Of a stretch of 64,000 bases of DNA, positions 23,203 to 38,400 are shown one piece after another. The notes under the pieces are model-generated. The model ran no database searches. It saw nothing but the letters and a program-made list of their open reading frames with translations, and was not told where the DNA came from. The DNA comes from Octopus sinensis (lineage: Eukaryota). The position numbers were made by a program, and so were the translations under genes. How positions within the stretch are numbered: position 1 is the stretch's first letter; each line of letters opens with the position of its first letter. Location of the stretch: NCBI RefSeq assembly GCF_006345805.1, contig NC_043013.1, forward strand, positions 9,362,001-9,426,000. Reading direction: 5' to 3'.

Positions 23203-23996
23203 CATATATATGGAGAGAGAGAGAGAGAAAGAAAGATGGAGAATCAGAGAGGAAAAGAGACAGACCATATACAAGGTATTAAATAGATTTGCGAGCTTCT
23301 TGAAGAGTTAAATTTTTGCTACCTCACACCCTATGTATGTATGTATATAACTGACCATGCACATCGATTATACATTACACACACACACACACACACACAC
23401 ACTCATGGTTGTTTGTGTTTGCGTGCGTGTGTTAAAATTTTCGTGTGCATACGAGGACAGTTACCTAACGCACCAAAGTGCATATGAATTAATTAATCCT
23501 ATATGAGAATGTGAGTGAATCTAGCATCGCTTTGAAATCAGTATGGGCTTTTAACCTCTAAAGAAAACGTACTGGTAGGGGCGGGGGGGGGGGCAGATTG
23601 TAATTACAACTTAGTTGGGTCTAGGTCTTATTAGATTGAAAGGGGTCACGAGCATACATCTTCTCTGTGTCAGGCAGTGTGTGTATGTATGTATATATAT
23701 ATATATCAATTAATGCCCACATTAAAAACATATCTGATGGTGTAGATATGGCAATTACCGTTTGAGGGCAAATTATATAGCCCACCATGGGGCATATATG
23801 AATTAAGTATCAGTACATGAGAGAGTATTTTTAGGCTCTTTACTCAGTCTGAATGAATGTTTCTATCTCTCCCCCCCCCTCTCTCTCTCTCTCTCACTCT
23901 TCATCTCTCTGTCCCTATATATAGATGTACATACATACACATATATATTATATGTATTTATACATATATATACATATATGTATATATACATATATG

Positions 23997-24046
<50 letters not shown>

Positions 24047-25742
24047 CATATACATATAGTGTGTTATATATTTTATATATAGTATATAATACAATATATG
24101 TATATGCATTATATATATATACATACATATATATATGCATATATATTATATACATAGTATATATATATGTTATATACATATTCTATACATATATACATAT
24201 TCTATACATATATACATAGTATATATATATTATATACATAGTATATATATATTATATACATATTATATATATTATATTAGTACATTATATACATTAGTAT
24301 ATTAGTACATTATATACATTATTATAATGTATATATATACATTATATTAGTCCAACCCATGCTAGCATGGAAAACGGACGCTAAATGATGATGATGATGA
24401 TGATATATAAATATATATATATACACATTATATATATATATATATTATATACACATTATATATATATTACATATATATTATATATATATATAAATATATA
24501 TATATACACATTATATATATATTACATATATATTACATATATATATATATATATAACGGGAAGCTTTATGAAAATAGACAAAAGACGAAGGCAGGTGGAA
24601 AACAAACGAACAATTGTATTAGTATGGCACTCAGGAAATATAAACGTGCATCTGTGTATACATACACATACATGTAAATGTTCATTTGTTTGTTTTACCT
24701 CCATTTTCCTATGCTGGCATTTGTTGGAAGGCTACTTATTTGTGGTAGTAGTTTTATGACTGGATGATCTTCCTCTCTCCAACTCTTACCTGTTCAACTA
24801 GTGAGAGATATGTTTAAACCTCTACATTAAAAGAGCTGAATTTTGTGACATAATGTTTACTGCAAAGTAAGCAAAATGGCACCTGTTTTATTTTTCAATT
24901 AGACAATCTCATAATAAAGAGGAGAAATGAAGACTTTAGCTTGTACACAGACATGCACACACACACACACATACATGCACATATATTTATAAATTTACAT
25001 ATGATGGGCTTCCATGCAGTTTCCGTCTACACATTCACTTTCACTCATAAGGAATTTGTTGGCCAGAAGCAGTAGCAGAAGGCACCTGCTGAAGTTGTTG
25101 AGAACTGTATATGCATCTGCTTGTGTATTTGTGTGTGTGTCTGTGTACATTTGTATGTATGTGTGTGTGTGTGTGTGTGTTTGTGAGAGGGATACGATTG
25201 GGTGGTTGGGTGTGTGTGTATGTATGCATATATATATTTGAAAAAATGGATATGTCTTTTAGGGGAAGAGTTTTTATTTTAATGATAATATTTACAGTAA
25301 ATCGAAGGGTGTGAAGCCACTGCACGGCTTAACCCGTATGCAGAGCATGGCGGTTGCTGCAACAGCCCGTGCGCATCAGTCTCAGTTCAATATTTGCCAA
25401 AGGCTGACAGTATTGTCGGGGGGGGGGGCAGTGTCAAGCATGGGTGCGTCACCCTGGACTGTTTGAGCGAAAGCCGGCAGCACAGGGTCGCTGTGGCTGC
25501 CAAATACTATTTTTTGGCCTGACGCCCAGGTGCGAAATGTGATGTTTGTGCATGGTGGCACGTAAAAAGCACCCACTACACTCATGGAGTGGTTGGCGTT
25601 AGGAAGGGCATCCAGCTGTAGAAACACTGCCAGATAAGACTGGAGCCTGGTGCAGCCTTCTGGCTTCCCAGATCCCCGGTCAAACCGTCCAACCCATGCT
25701 AGCATGGAGAACGGACGTTAAATGATGATGATGATGATGATA

Positions 25743-25799
<57 letters not shown>

Positions 25800-26830
25800 G
25801 TGCAATAAATATGAGAAATGTCAAGCTCGTTAAGTTATATGCATTGCTATATGATGGTGCATTGAGTTCCAACCTACTGAACCAGCTGGGCACTGGTAAT
25901 TATTTGCAAACAGACACTGGAGTGAAACCGGAGTTGTGTCTTAACACTTATCCTTTTTTGTGATTTGTCCTTCAGTGTTATATTTAAAGTAGCTTTCATT
26001 GGACATAAATAATACGGATAATAGTGATGATACAGCTACTTTGTTTTATTTTGTGATAGTTTTAGTATATCATATCAAGTGTGGAAAATGTCACACATTA
26101 CATTCTGTGAAGTGGTCAGAATTAAGAAAGGCATCTGGCTGTAGAAACCATGTCACAGCAGGACATTGGAGTATGATGCTGTCCTCCAACTCAGTGGATC
26201 CTATCGAACTGACCAACTCAAGCCAGATTGGAAGATAGACATTGAATGATGATTATGATGATGATGATGTATCTGAATTCTGATATCAAGTAGAGCATTA
26301 AACACTTTTAGTGTGTTAATTATCGGCTCCAATTCTCTGAAGCTTCTAGATTTAATGCGTGTTATAAATGGATTGGCTACTTGTTTCTTGGGAATTGGTC
26401 AAGTGATGAAGAACCTTCTGATGAGACCGTAATAAAGGTTGAATATTATGTGAGGCTGTTTGTCATGTTTTTTCTTTTCCAGTCTATGGAAAAATAGGTA
26501 AAAATGGACATGTTTGTGTCTGCTATGTAAGTTTATATGTGTGTGTGTATGTGTATGTTAATGCATATGTGTGTCTTTTGTGAATGATTACTGGGGTAAT
26601 GTTTGTGTGGCAGACATTGAATTATCTCTGTGTTGCAAGGGTGGCGATTTTTGTACAATTACTGTATTGTTACTCTTGTATTACTGGTATGTTGTTTTAG
26701 TTCCTCAAATGTATTATGCCTTTGCCACAGTTCTCTTAGAGCTATCCCACAGACATATTTCTTTGCCACATATCTATTACATTCGCCATAGATATTTTCA
26801 AAGTTATAACTGAGGTCAGTCAGTATAAAT

Positions 26831-27769
26831 CAGGGGTCACCAAACTATGGCTTGCGAGCTGGATCTGACCTGCGAGGTCAGTTTATCTGGCCTGCCGCTG
26901 CACTGTACCTTTTGTGTAAGTACCTTCAAAGAGAGTTCATTTGCTTCTGGTATGGCATCAGTGTTTGGAGCAACTTATGTCTGAGAGCAAACATTTTCAA
27001 AAGTGAAGAATGTGAAGTCAGCACATCGAACGAGGTTGACCGATGAACATTTGAAAGTAATTCTTCTTGGTAGGATGCAGCAATTCCAAAGCAAATATTG
27101 ATGACATCTTAAAAGCTAAATACCAGTTTCACAAATCTCGCTAACCATTTTTGCTGCTTAGTTTGTGAGATTCTGATATGTGCACACTGGCTGTGATATA
27201 ACTATCTTATTGCTAATGTCACCGTCATTGATAACTTTTTGGTAAATAGATACTCTTACTCTTTTACTCTTTTTGGTCGTTTGACTGTGGCCATGCTGGA
27301 GCACCGCCTTTTGTCGAGCAAATCGACCCCGGGACTTATTCTTTCTAAGCCTGGTACTTATTCTATCGGTCTCTTTTGCCAAACTGCTAAGTAACAGGGA
27401 CGTAAACACACCAGCATCGGTTGTCAAGTGATGTTGGGGGCACAAACATATACACACACATACATATATATATATACATATATACGATGGGTTTCTTTCA
27501 GTTCCTGTCTACCAAATCCACTCACAAGGCTTTGGTCGGCCCGAGGCTATAGTAGAAGACACTTGCCCAAGGTGCCACACAGTGGGACTGAACCAGGAAC
27601 CATGTGGTTTGTAAGCAAGCTACTTACCACACAGCCACTCCTGCGCCTATGTTGGTTGTCTTTATTTTTTGTGTATTCACTATATGGTATTCAATAATAT
27701 GGTTATGTGACCTGTGCTTGTCACTCTCTCAGTTATCTGGCCTGCTGTGAAAAAAATTGGTGACCCCTG
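26831..27769 (+). mobile_element. Internally deleted hAT (Buster/Charlie-like) DNA transposon with a nested SINE
   Basis: TIRs CAGGGGTCACCAA / TTGGTGACCCCTG, 8-bp TSD gtataaat/atataaat, transposase remnant FGATYV*EQTFSKVKNVKSAHRTRLTDEHLK. SINE A inserted at about 27250-27650. Confidence 0.85.
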
Positions 27770-28089
27770 ATATAAATGAAAGCCAACAGATTTTCTTTTT
27801 TCTTTGTTACTTCATTGTTAGGCAAATCCCTTCAACTTGTAGATTATTTTAGCATCCTGGTGATGACGTGTTTTGAAAGCTATCTTTGTTTTTCCTCACT
27901 GTGTTGAATATATTTACCTGCCAAATTCCAGTGATTTGAAATACTTTTTAATTCCCAGTTCGGTGTAGTTTTCATGTTAATAACCCAGACAATATTTCTA
28001 TTCCACAGAATAATAATAATAATAATAATAATAATATTAATAATAATAATAATAGTAATGATAATAATAATAATAGTAGTGATAATAAA

Positions 28090-28680
28090 ATGAAAAACTG
28101 AATCACAAATTATAGCAACTCAGATTCAAGATGTTAGAACAAATTTATTGAAGACAAAGATTAATAAAAATCAGACAGCAAATTCCAAATGTGCAGAAAT
28201 GTGTACAAAAAATCAACTCTCTTCTGTGTGAGTGCAGTAAGCTAGCACAAAAAGAGTAGAAATGTAAGCATGATCCTTTTGGTGAAAAGTGTATTAGGAT
28301 GTTAGCCAAGTTTGTAGATTTGAAATGATGAGTAATAAGTGTGGCAGGAAGAAAGAAAAAACAGTGTAAGATAATTGATTTTGCAATCCCATATGATAAT
28401 AGATTGGATATTAAAGAAAATTGAGGAATATCAGAGCCTACCAGAGAGATGAAGAGATTGTGTAACACATGAATGAAAATTGTTCCTGTGCTAATTGTGC
28501 ATTCAGCACAATGCCCAAACTGAGGCTGAAGAATATTAAAATTGAGACCTGCATAAATGTTTGAATCTGTATTCTGGAAGGATCATGGGGAAGATTCTTG
28601 AGATTTGAGGAAGCTTGTTGCCACCAATATTCAGGATAACATCCCTGTGAGCTAAATTAGCATGGAATAGCTTGTAATGA
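28090..28680 (+). mobile_element. Degenerate R4/Dong-like non-LTR retrotransposon fragment next to (AAT)n
   Basis: Broken peptides IIATQ...RTN..KTKI...SKC...ECSKLAQKE*K.KHD and IIDFAIPYDNRLDIKE resemble the CCHC plus RLE region of R4/Dong elements. Confidence 0.6.
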
Positions 28681-29039
28681 TATTGGTTTTGAATTTTGGT
28701 AGAAGACCAGTAATTTTAGAGAAAGGAGTTTGTCAATTATGTTGATTCCAATGCTCGACTGGTACTTATTTTATCAACCCTGAAAGAATAAAAAAGTACG
28801 CTTGACTTAGTGAGAATTTGAACCGAGAACATAAGAACCACAGGAAATGCTGCTGCACATTTTATCCAGCATGTTAATGTTTCTGCCAGCTTGCTACCTT
28901 TATAATGTTAATAATGATGATAATAATGATAATAATAATGATAATAATGATAATAATAATAATAATGATAATAATAATAATAATAATAATTTCTTTATTC
29001 ATACATGTAGTGTAAGTGATAGTCTGCAGGTTTTGTTCC

Positions 29040-29480
29040 CCGAACACCAAATCACTATCCTTGTCCTCAGATATTCAGCGCATAACTTAAAGGTTTTTGC
29101 TTTCCCTAGAAGACATACTTTCTGAAGTGTCACAAAGTTTACTGCCATGCTGATCATAAAAAGCCATTTGGTAATATTCTCAGATACTGTGACAAGTGAT
29201 CTTATTTTAATAGGAATTACTGTTATATCTCTGTGGATCCAAAGCCTTTTTAATCCCCCACTTTCAGTCCTGGCATTTATCGATCTTGTTTTCTTTCTCT
29301 TTCATTCTGTTGTTGAAAGAGTAGGTTGCATTTATTGCCTTACAACTTCCAGCATCTTTCTCTGACGCAACAATATGTGGTCTTGAAATTTTCAGTTCTT
29401 TGTCTGGATTTCAAATCCCATAAAATTTTCACTTTATTTTTGACAACTTTCACTGGTCTGTGTTCATGGCATTTTTCTGG
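29040..29480 (-). mobile_element. Degenerate R4/Dong-like C-terminal fragment
   Basis: Minus-strand IKRLW...VIPIKI..LVTVSENITKWL...LQKVCLLGKAK resembles the R4/Dong C-terminus. Confidence 0.55.
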
Positions 29481-30495
29481 ATATTCTCTACAGGTGCCAC
29501 CTCACCTCCTAGCCGCATTCAGTACACTGTGTAACGTGGTTGGCATTAAGAATAGGAACCATGCCAAAGCTACGACACTGGAGCTCACTGGGGCAAGATG
29601 CAGCCTTTTGACTTGGTGGATCCTGTCAGAAAGGACCAGCCAGTGTCAGCATGGGAAGTAGATGTGAAAAGGATGATATATTACACATATATATAATCAT
29701 CATATGTATGTATGTATGTATGGATTAAAGTAAAAATGAAAAAAGCAAAACTATTGGCATCACTTAAAAAAGACATTTAATTTAGATAGAGAATATGTAT
29801 GTAAAAACATACTTGTGTGTGTGTCTGTATGTATATATATGTATGTATATATATATATATATATATATACACATACACACACAGACACGAATGGATGTGT
29901 GTGTATATAACTCAGAACACCTTGTGTTCATAAAAGCATTGTCTTTTTGATAACATTGTTTTCTCTGTGATTAAGCCAGTATCGCTTGTCTTAATTTTTT
30001 TTTTACTTTGTGTCTAGCATGTTGTTTTGGTTCTTTGTTTTTTTTTTTTATAATTATTTGATGTTCTTTCTGTGGTTTTATTCGGCTTTTTTTTTTTTCA
30101 CTTTCTGTCTATCAATTTCACTTGTAATTAAAGAAACTTTTTCTTTCTTTTTTTTTTATACTTTATGAATTTTCTTACCTTTTTTTTTCTTTTATTTTTA
30201 TTACAATATAGTCATAACTTTGGTTTGTTTGATTTTATTTCTTTTCAGATGATATCCAGTCTCTCTCTCCCCCACCCCCACCCTCGCTTATATACTTTTC
30301 AATAATGTTGATTTTTATGTTATAATTTTTTCCCATGGGTTTCCCCTTAAAGCCTCATTAATACTCTGCTATTGTTTTTCCATTACTATTTCATTTACCT
30401 TCTATCGTTTAGAGCCAAATGTTTGTATATCTGTGTATATATATGTGTGTGTATATGTATGTGTTGATCGCTCTCTATATGTATGTGTGTTTAAG

Positions 30496-30526
<31 letters not shown>

Positions 30527-30527
<1 letters not shown>

Positions 30528-31050
30528 AGTGGCGACTCCAGCACTCGGGCTGCTTGGGCTTAGCCTGAGTATAAATTTAGTAAAGTGAACGTGTATTTGC
30601 AAGCTCATATAATTTCTGCCAACATTGACTTCAAGTATGAAATTGGAGCCAATAACTCGGGACCCCTTTTACTGAGCCTGGTCGCAGTTCATTTCTTTTC
30701 GTTCAGCAACTGGCGGTCGTCTTAGAGGTGCCCTGTGTCAAAAAATATCATTCGTGGCAGATGTTCTCTCGACATTGTTCACACACGCCTGACTCGGGCT
30801 CAAAAGTTACAGCCCCGAGTTGTTATCTATAAGCATAATAAATAAAAAGCAATTCGAATCCAGTGTTTTCTTGAAGCAATAAATTTCTATAGAGATTAGG
30901 ATTTAAATTCCAATCTATGAAAAGTTTCCGTTCGACAATATTCTTAAAGGAACAAAAAATTATCCAGCAACTCGGGCTAATATGGACGAGCCTAGTAGGT
31001 GGAAAAGACTAATCGGCATACCTTGTCGAGAGTACAGGGCACAGTCAGAT
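30527..31050 (+). mobile_element. DNA-transposon end (hAT-like) with ACTCGGG subterminal repeats
   Basis: Starts CAGTGGCGACTCC and carries multiple actcggg/cccgagt motifs. Second end not identified. Confidence 0.4.
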
Positions 31051-31137
31051 CGCTGATGTTTATTGTGCACTCCATACATATACATGTATGTAAGTATGTG
31101 TGTGTATATATATGTATGTATATATATATATATATAT

Positions 31138-31162
31138 ATAGTTATGCATGTATGTATGTATA

Positions 31163-31208
<46 letters not shown>

Positions 31209-31722
31209 ATATATTTTTAGAAATTTCTGCCGGCTTACTTCGAGGCACATGCTTATAGTGATAAATTATATGGTTATTGACGATTTGTCTATTTTCGGCA
31301 TATTTGGCATTAGAGTTTTTTCTTTTGCCCGTGTTTATAAGTTGTATATATATATATGATTTGCATAGTAAGTGAGGTACATTATCGTCGTTATTCAGTA
31401 TTTCATTTGCTAGTCACAGTATCATTGTTGTTGAACTTCATTAATCCTGATCAAGCTGACCCATGGTCGAAGACATTCCATCAATGACCATTCTGTTTTC
31501 TCCATTCAGACACTGTGTGTATCTAGGACGACATTATTCAATGTGTCCTTTCTCATTTTTTAAAAGACTGTAGCATGGTTTTTGAGGGAGATTTAGGTGC
31601 TGTTCCTAGCTGGTAGAATGACTGTACAAATTTTCCATCTTAGCGTGTCTTTTTATACATATATTTATCTATTAGTTTTCTTATTCAGATCAAACAATAA
31701 CACACACACACACACATATATA

Positions 31723-31761
<39 letters not shown>

Positions 31762-32340
31762 TATATATTATATATATATATATAGTTATGCATGTATGTA
31801 TGTATATGTGTGTGTATATTTTTTTAGAAATTTCTGCCGGCTTACTTCGAGGCACATGCTTATAGTGATAAATTATATGGTTATTGACGATTTGTCTATT
31901 TTCGGCATATTTGGCATTAGAGTTTTTTCTTTTGTCCGTGTTTATAAGTTGTATATATATATATATATATATATGATTTGCATAGTAAGTGAGGTACATT
32001 ATCGTCGTTATTCAGTATTTCATTTGCTAGTCACAGTATCATTGTTGTTGAACTTCATTAATCCTGATCAAGCTGACCCATGGTCGAAGACATTCCATCA
32101 ATGACCATTCTGTTTTCTCCATTCAGACACTGTGTGTATCTAGGACGACATTATTCAATGTGTCCTTTCTCATTTTTTAAAAGACTGTAGCATGGTTTTT
32201 GAGGGAGATTTAGGTGCTGTTCCTAGCTGGTAGAATGACTGTACAAATTTTCCATCTTAGCGTGTCTTTTTATACATATATTTATCTATTAGTTTTCTTA
32301 TTCAGATCAAACAATAACACACACACACACACACATATAT
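31138..32340. repeat. Near-identical tandem duplication, about 620 bp x2
   Basis: 31138-31710 and 31783-32340 differ mainly in (TA)n lengths and one visible C/T. Confidence 0.9.
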
Positions 32341-32341
32341 A

Positions 32342-32391
<50 letters not shown>

Positions 32392-33084
32392 TATACACAT
32401 ACACACACACCCATTTTCTCTGCCTACTATTTATGGTAGAGTTCTATCGGTATGCCATGTACCACTCATTTCAATCACATTTTGTTTTTTAAAAAAAGCA
32501 TACTTTTGTTTCATTCACTGGTTTTTGAACAATCTTCATTATTTCACATTTATCTTAAAGTACAAAAAAAAAAAAAAAAAAATCCTGTTTCAACACCCTC
32601 TGAAATGTCTCTATTAAAAGATGTTAATACTTCAAAGAACAAAGACGAGCTGGCTGGTGATAGATCATTGACTTAAGCCTACTGAAGGCAGCTCCAAATT
32701 CCTTACTGTGTGACTTAATTGAATTACCTTCAAAATAGAATTTCAGTGAACACACATATACACACACCTACGACTAACATAATTTTCTTTCCTTGACCAT
32801 AACTTGTACCACACCTAAATTTTCTCACTGCCTGCCTGCCTAACTACCACAATAACACAGACAAATCTGTGTTGCTATGCTAACAACCAACTCTTCAATT
32901 TGCTTTGACATGGGTTAGGCTTTCCTTATCAAAGGTTATTGTCTCTACCCAGCAGCTACCGGTATTTCTATTGTCATGTATATTTTCGATTCCCTTTGCT
33001 TACTGTCACTGGGTGCAACAGCACCTCTTGCACAGCACATGCACTTCACATTCCATTAACGGGGGTTCTTTGTTTCTTTATTAC

Positions 33085-33126
<42 letters not shown>

Positions 33127-34442
33127 TGAAGGTGGGAGTAGAGAGGGAGGTGCTGCCTTTTAGTGTGTTTATCAAAAGGTGGTTGACAGTGGCAAGACTG
33201 GTGAAACTGAATGGACCGACTCTGAGTATTCTTTTCTAAGCAGGAGGAAAGAAACTAGAAGAGGGCCCTTTCCCATGCTTTGAGGACGACAGAGTAATCT
33301 GTGATTTTTGCATGGGATTTAGCCTCAATTACTCTTATTTCTTTACTGCCTACAAGGGGCTACACAGAGGGGACAAACCAGGACAGAAAAACGGGTTAAG
33401 TTGATTTTATCGACCCCAGTGCGTAACTGGTACTTAATTTATCGACCCCGAAAGGAGGAAAGGCAAAGTCAACTTCGGCGGAATTTGAACTCAGAATGCA
33501 GCAGTGGACGAAATACCACAAAGCATTTCGCCTGGCATGCTAACGTTTCTGCCAGCTCGACGCCTTGAATTACTCTAAGTGGACTGTCTCTCTATTGGGG
33601 ATTCTAATTGTTTATTTATTTATTATTTATTTCTCTAATTTCTATTATATATCCTCTGTTATAGCCTTTAATGTGTTAGTATCTCCCTTTGATCGATGTA
33701 AACCCCACCTGTTTTTGTATTTATGTTTTAGTTTTGTTTTTTGTGTGCTGTAACTCGTCCTTCAATATTGTCCACCATGTCTTGGTCCCTTGTGGTCCCT
33801 TATGGCTCATAAAAGAAGTTGTTGCTGTTGTTGTTAAATATTATTATGTCCTTCTCATCTGATGCGTCCTGTGCCAAAAAAAAAGTAAAGAAAAGTGCTG
33901 GCTTTGTGCCAGTTGATTAGAGATTAGAGGTGTAGAAGGACAGGGATAAGTTGTCTTGCTGTAGAGTAGCTACATGGATACTCCAGGTGAAAAAGAAAGG
34001 TGGGTGAGTTACTGACTAAAGCGAAGAGAGCGGATGAGTCAGAGATTAAGATAGAGAGAGCAATAGCAAGAGAGACAGTGGCGAGCGGAAAGACACTAAC
34101 TTTGTTCGTTACATATGCCTACTGAAAAAATTTATTAATTTCATATTATTCTATATATTGCTTGCTTTGTTTGCTTATGGTTTTCCCTTGGATGATGATT
34201 AAATCTCCTCTTCCCGTTTGTTTGTGGATCCTTTGATGATTACATCGTAATCCCTGTGCTTTGGTCATGGATGGTGCTATATAAATATTTTGGTGGGAGA
34301 TGTTCGGGAATAATCACTGGCATATTGTTCTGCATTGCATGCTTCTTTTCTTGCTTATTCAGGTAGGGATGAATGCATTTCCCTTCTGTATATTCAATTC
34401 CTCTCGAACAGTGTGGCTTCCACAGTGAATTCTTGCTCTCAC

Positions 34443-34498
<56 letters not shown>

Positions 34499-34543
34499 GT
34501 ATCTGTGTATATATATATATATAATATATATATATATATTTAT

Positions 34544-34596
<53 letters not shown>

Positions 34597-35383
34597 GACA
34601 CATATATTCATGCATACATGCACAGGTGCGTGTGCGCGCACACACACACACACTCTCTCACTCATATACTTATGTCGTTAACCAAAGTGATTACAATTTT
34701 TTACTTATTTTTATCATCTTGTCTGTCTTACATTTTATTTTTGTATGCATCAATATACATATTACCTGCATGTATAAAGTGGTGTGTAGACATTTTATAT
34801 TTTTGATAATTCAATTTTAGAGACTAACGTCATCATTTTACATCCACTTTTCCATGCTGGCATGGGTTGGATGAGTCATCCATAGACTAAGCCAGTGCTT
34901 ATGTGGCAGTTCTGGTATAATTTCTATAGTTCTACAGCTTGATGCCTCTCCTGTCACCAACACTTTACATGTACTGTATTAATATTATTGTAGCGCCAGC
35001 ATGAGACAGGCTGTTCATTTCCAGAAAGACTAAAGAACCCTCTCTATGTTACATTGTTTTTTGTTCATTCACTAACCACACTTTACGGAGTGCATTTTAT
35101 TCGTGTACCTGCACAGTAGAAGTTGTCTTGCTGCCAGCAATACTAAAGTGCCCTCTCTGCCTATGTTGTTTCTGTTTGTTTGTTTGTTTGTTCAACAGTG
35201 TCAGAGAGGGTTGTTCTGTCCCCGGTTGGTAGATGGAAGAGTAATGAATGTAATGGAGGAGAAGCAGGGTTATAAGACAACTTCATGATGAGTTTTTGGC
35301 ACAGAAATTTGGATAGAAACAGTATGAATGAATGAATGGTATGATGCGGTAAAAGAGAGTGATTGAAGAACTGGAAGGGAGAA

Positions 35384-35416
<33 letters not shown>

Positions 35417-38400
35417 GGATGAGTGATTGAGGAGGGAGTAATGTGAAAGAGTGAATAAAAGGGTTACTAATAAGAGAGTAGGTGTGATGAGGCGATAGGA
35501 GAGGGAGTAATGGGAGAGTGAGAGTGATGGTTAGCAATAAAGATGGGGCAGTGATTAGAAGGTGATTGAATATGGACAGATCCAATACAATGCCGGCCTT
35601 TGTTACATTCCTGTGATGATAGGAGCGAGATAAAGTGATAAGTAGGGAGATGAATTGATAAGGGACAAGGTGAGTGATAGATGAGAGGATAATGAAGAGA
35701 GAGACGAAGAGTGGTATATGGATATTTAATATGGGCATAAACTCAGCAGAGGCTCTTAATGTAGGTTTTATAGACTCCAATTTCCATCACCAACCTCGTC
35801 ATTTTGGGGTTTGTATCATTTATATTTACATGGGTCAGGCAGGTTCTTTTGATTTCAATATTTCACCAAAAGTTTTAACACTTTGTCCTCTTCTTCATGA
35901 GGGTCAATGAGTCAAGATCAGTTTTTCACTGTTTGTCACATCTTGTTTGGCCACTGTCTTTCACAGGTGCCATCCACTTGACACTTTCTTAATTAAATTG
36001 GCATCCTCCATGCACATCTCATGCTTCACCCCTTCATGGTCTTCCCTGTTTGTACACTCCATATGTCTGTTTATATCCAGTTTTACTCTCAGCTCATTTC
36101 TGCTCCTTCTTTCATGCACAACTGAGATTTACGCATCAAGTAAAGCAGAGGTGGGGAAACTTTTTAGTGAGGCAGGCAAAAATTTCCAAAGAAAAAGGTC
36201 CATGGGCGAATCACAAGTTCTAACTCTTATAGCTGTGTAAATCTTGTATATATATATATCTATGTATAATTCAATATACATTAATAAAGATTAAATTTAA
36301 CACATTAAATTAATGTGTCACGTCTTCATTAATGCCACCACTGAATTTAGTATGTTTATATTACATATGAGGTGTTCTATATTTCTCAGCTAGAGTGTAG
36401 TTGGGTCTCAAGAGGTGGTACAAACCTAGCAATATGTGTTTTATAGTGAAAACAAAACTTCCATCCGAATGGCGATTACCGGACAGTTTTCTGTTTGAGT
36501 CTAACCAAAGTCGGAACGGAAAATATGTCCTAAGTTGTAAATAGGCATACAAATATTGTATAAATATTATGAGTGAAAAATTTCCTATATTTTGTACATA
36601 CGAGTATGTCAGCCTGAAGTAAAGCATACTTTTGCCTAATTTCTTTTTTCTAATGTTTGTTGATCCCCAACATCCAAGGCCCGTGTCTCATGATGATGTA
36701 GTGATGCATTCCATACTCAAGCCATCCTACAATCTGCCCTTCACTCTGTGGCAGAGAGAACCTTTGATACCAGCAGATAGTAATTCCTTGAACTTTTTCT
36801 ACCTCATTGATATTGTCACCACTGAGCTTTCAGAATGCCCAGCTTCACTGTGTTAGGTCACCTAGATAACAAATACTATCAGTTTCTACCAGGAAGTTTT
36901 CTAAACAGTTAAAGGTATTTGTGTACACTTACTACTAACTACATTTGTGCATCTATCACATATAAAGTCAACCTTCCCTGCTATCCCTGCTATCCCGCCT
37001 TTGATAATTTTATACCTCTTGTACATATACCTCTTGTACATATACCTCTTGTATACCTCTGGTCAAGTTGAAAATGTCTAGAGACTAACTGGTCAAGGTT
37101 GAAAATGTCTAGAGACTAATTGGTCAGGTTGAAAATGTCTAGAGACTAATTGTGGAGGCTTGTAGCTTACTGGTTAGGGTGTTGAACTCATGATCGTAAG
37201 GTTGTGGTTTCGATTCCTGGACTGGGCGATGCGTTGTGTTCTTGACCAAAATGCTTCATTTTCATGTTGCTCCAGTCCACTCAGCTGGCAAAAATGAGTA
37301 ATCCTGCGACGGACCGGCGTCCCATCAAGGTGGGGGATTTCTATGCCACTGAAACTGGGAAACCAGCCCTTATGAGTTATGAGCCTGGCATGGCTCAAGA
37401 AGGTAGGAAGGAAGGAACCTCTTGTACATCCATCACTTAGACTGAGTGCACAGTATTTTTTTTTTCTGCATATCAAGCATGACCATAGTTACAGTTCTTT
37501 CTGTTGTATACTAAATCTGATTCAGTTTACATCTAGTTATCTTCATACACAGGTATCGTACAATCTTCCCACCTGTCTGTGAGAGAACACTTTCATTGTA
37601 AGCAGGGATAGTGGCTCTCTGAACTTTTGTCATGTCATTCCTACACTGACAATTGTGCTTTCGGTCTACCCATCTTCATTGCTTATTATGTTGTTTAGAT
37701 AACAAAAGTTATCAAATACCTCTAAGGGGACCCTCCAAACATTTGTGGCAATTTATTCCATGTACCCTTACTATTAACTATACCTGTGCATCTGTCTTGT
37801 ACAAAGCCTACTTTTCCTGTGATCTCATTGCACTTCTTGTGGTGCCATCATTTACAATAGGTACACAACATGGAATTTCTATATTTTTCTCTGCGTATCG
37901 AGCATAGCTACTTCCCTTATGGCATCGGATCCAATCTTCTTTTCAGTAAACTATTTTGACTTTGCTAACTTTTACTTGACAGTCTGATTCAAGGATGTGA
38001 TTTGAAAGAGAAATTTGGCTGCTATTTTTTAGTAGGGGGCAAGAGATCACATAGAGGGTCCCTTGTTGGCTCGTCTCCATAGTCAGAATGCAGGAGACAT
38101 GAAGACGGATTCATTACTGTAGGATGTTATGATAAATCACATTTCTATAGATTTGCTCTAATAAAGTATTGTTAGTCCAGTGTTTATTTTACTGTGGAAT
38201 AAAAAATTGCAATTAGTTTTCACTAACTCTGAATACAATACATGTATGTCAGTATAATATATATGTCAGTGTGTGTATGTCTATATATGTTGTGGTTGTA
38301 TGCTATACATATATTTATATGCATATCTGTGTCTCTGTCTATATTGTATGTATACATACATATTTGTGTGTGTATATAAATATCTATTTTTTTCTATATA

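Noticed and set aside
35283-35780. 165-aa minus-strand ORF (also 4853-5152)
   Set aside because: Purine-skewed low-complexity sequence, at best a highly decayed L2-like LINE end; not a supportable gene.
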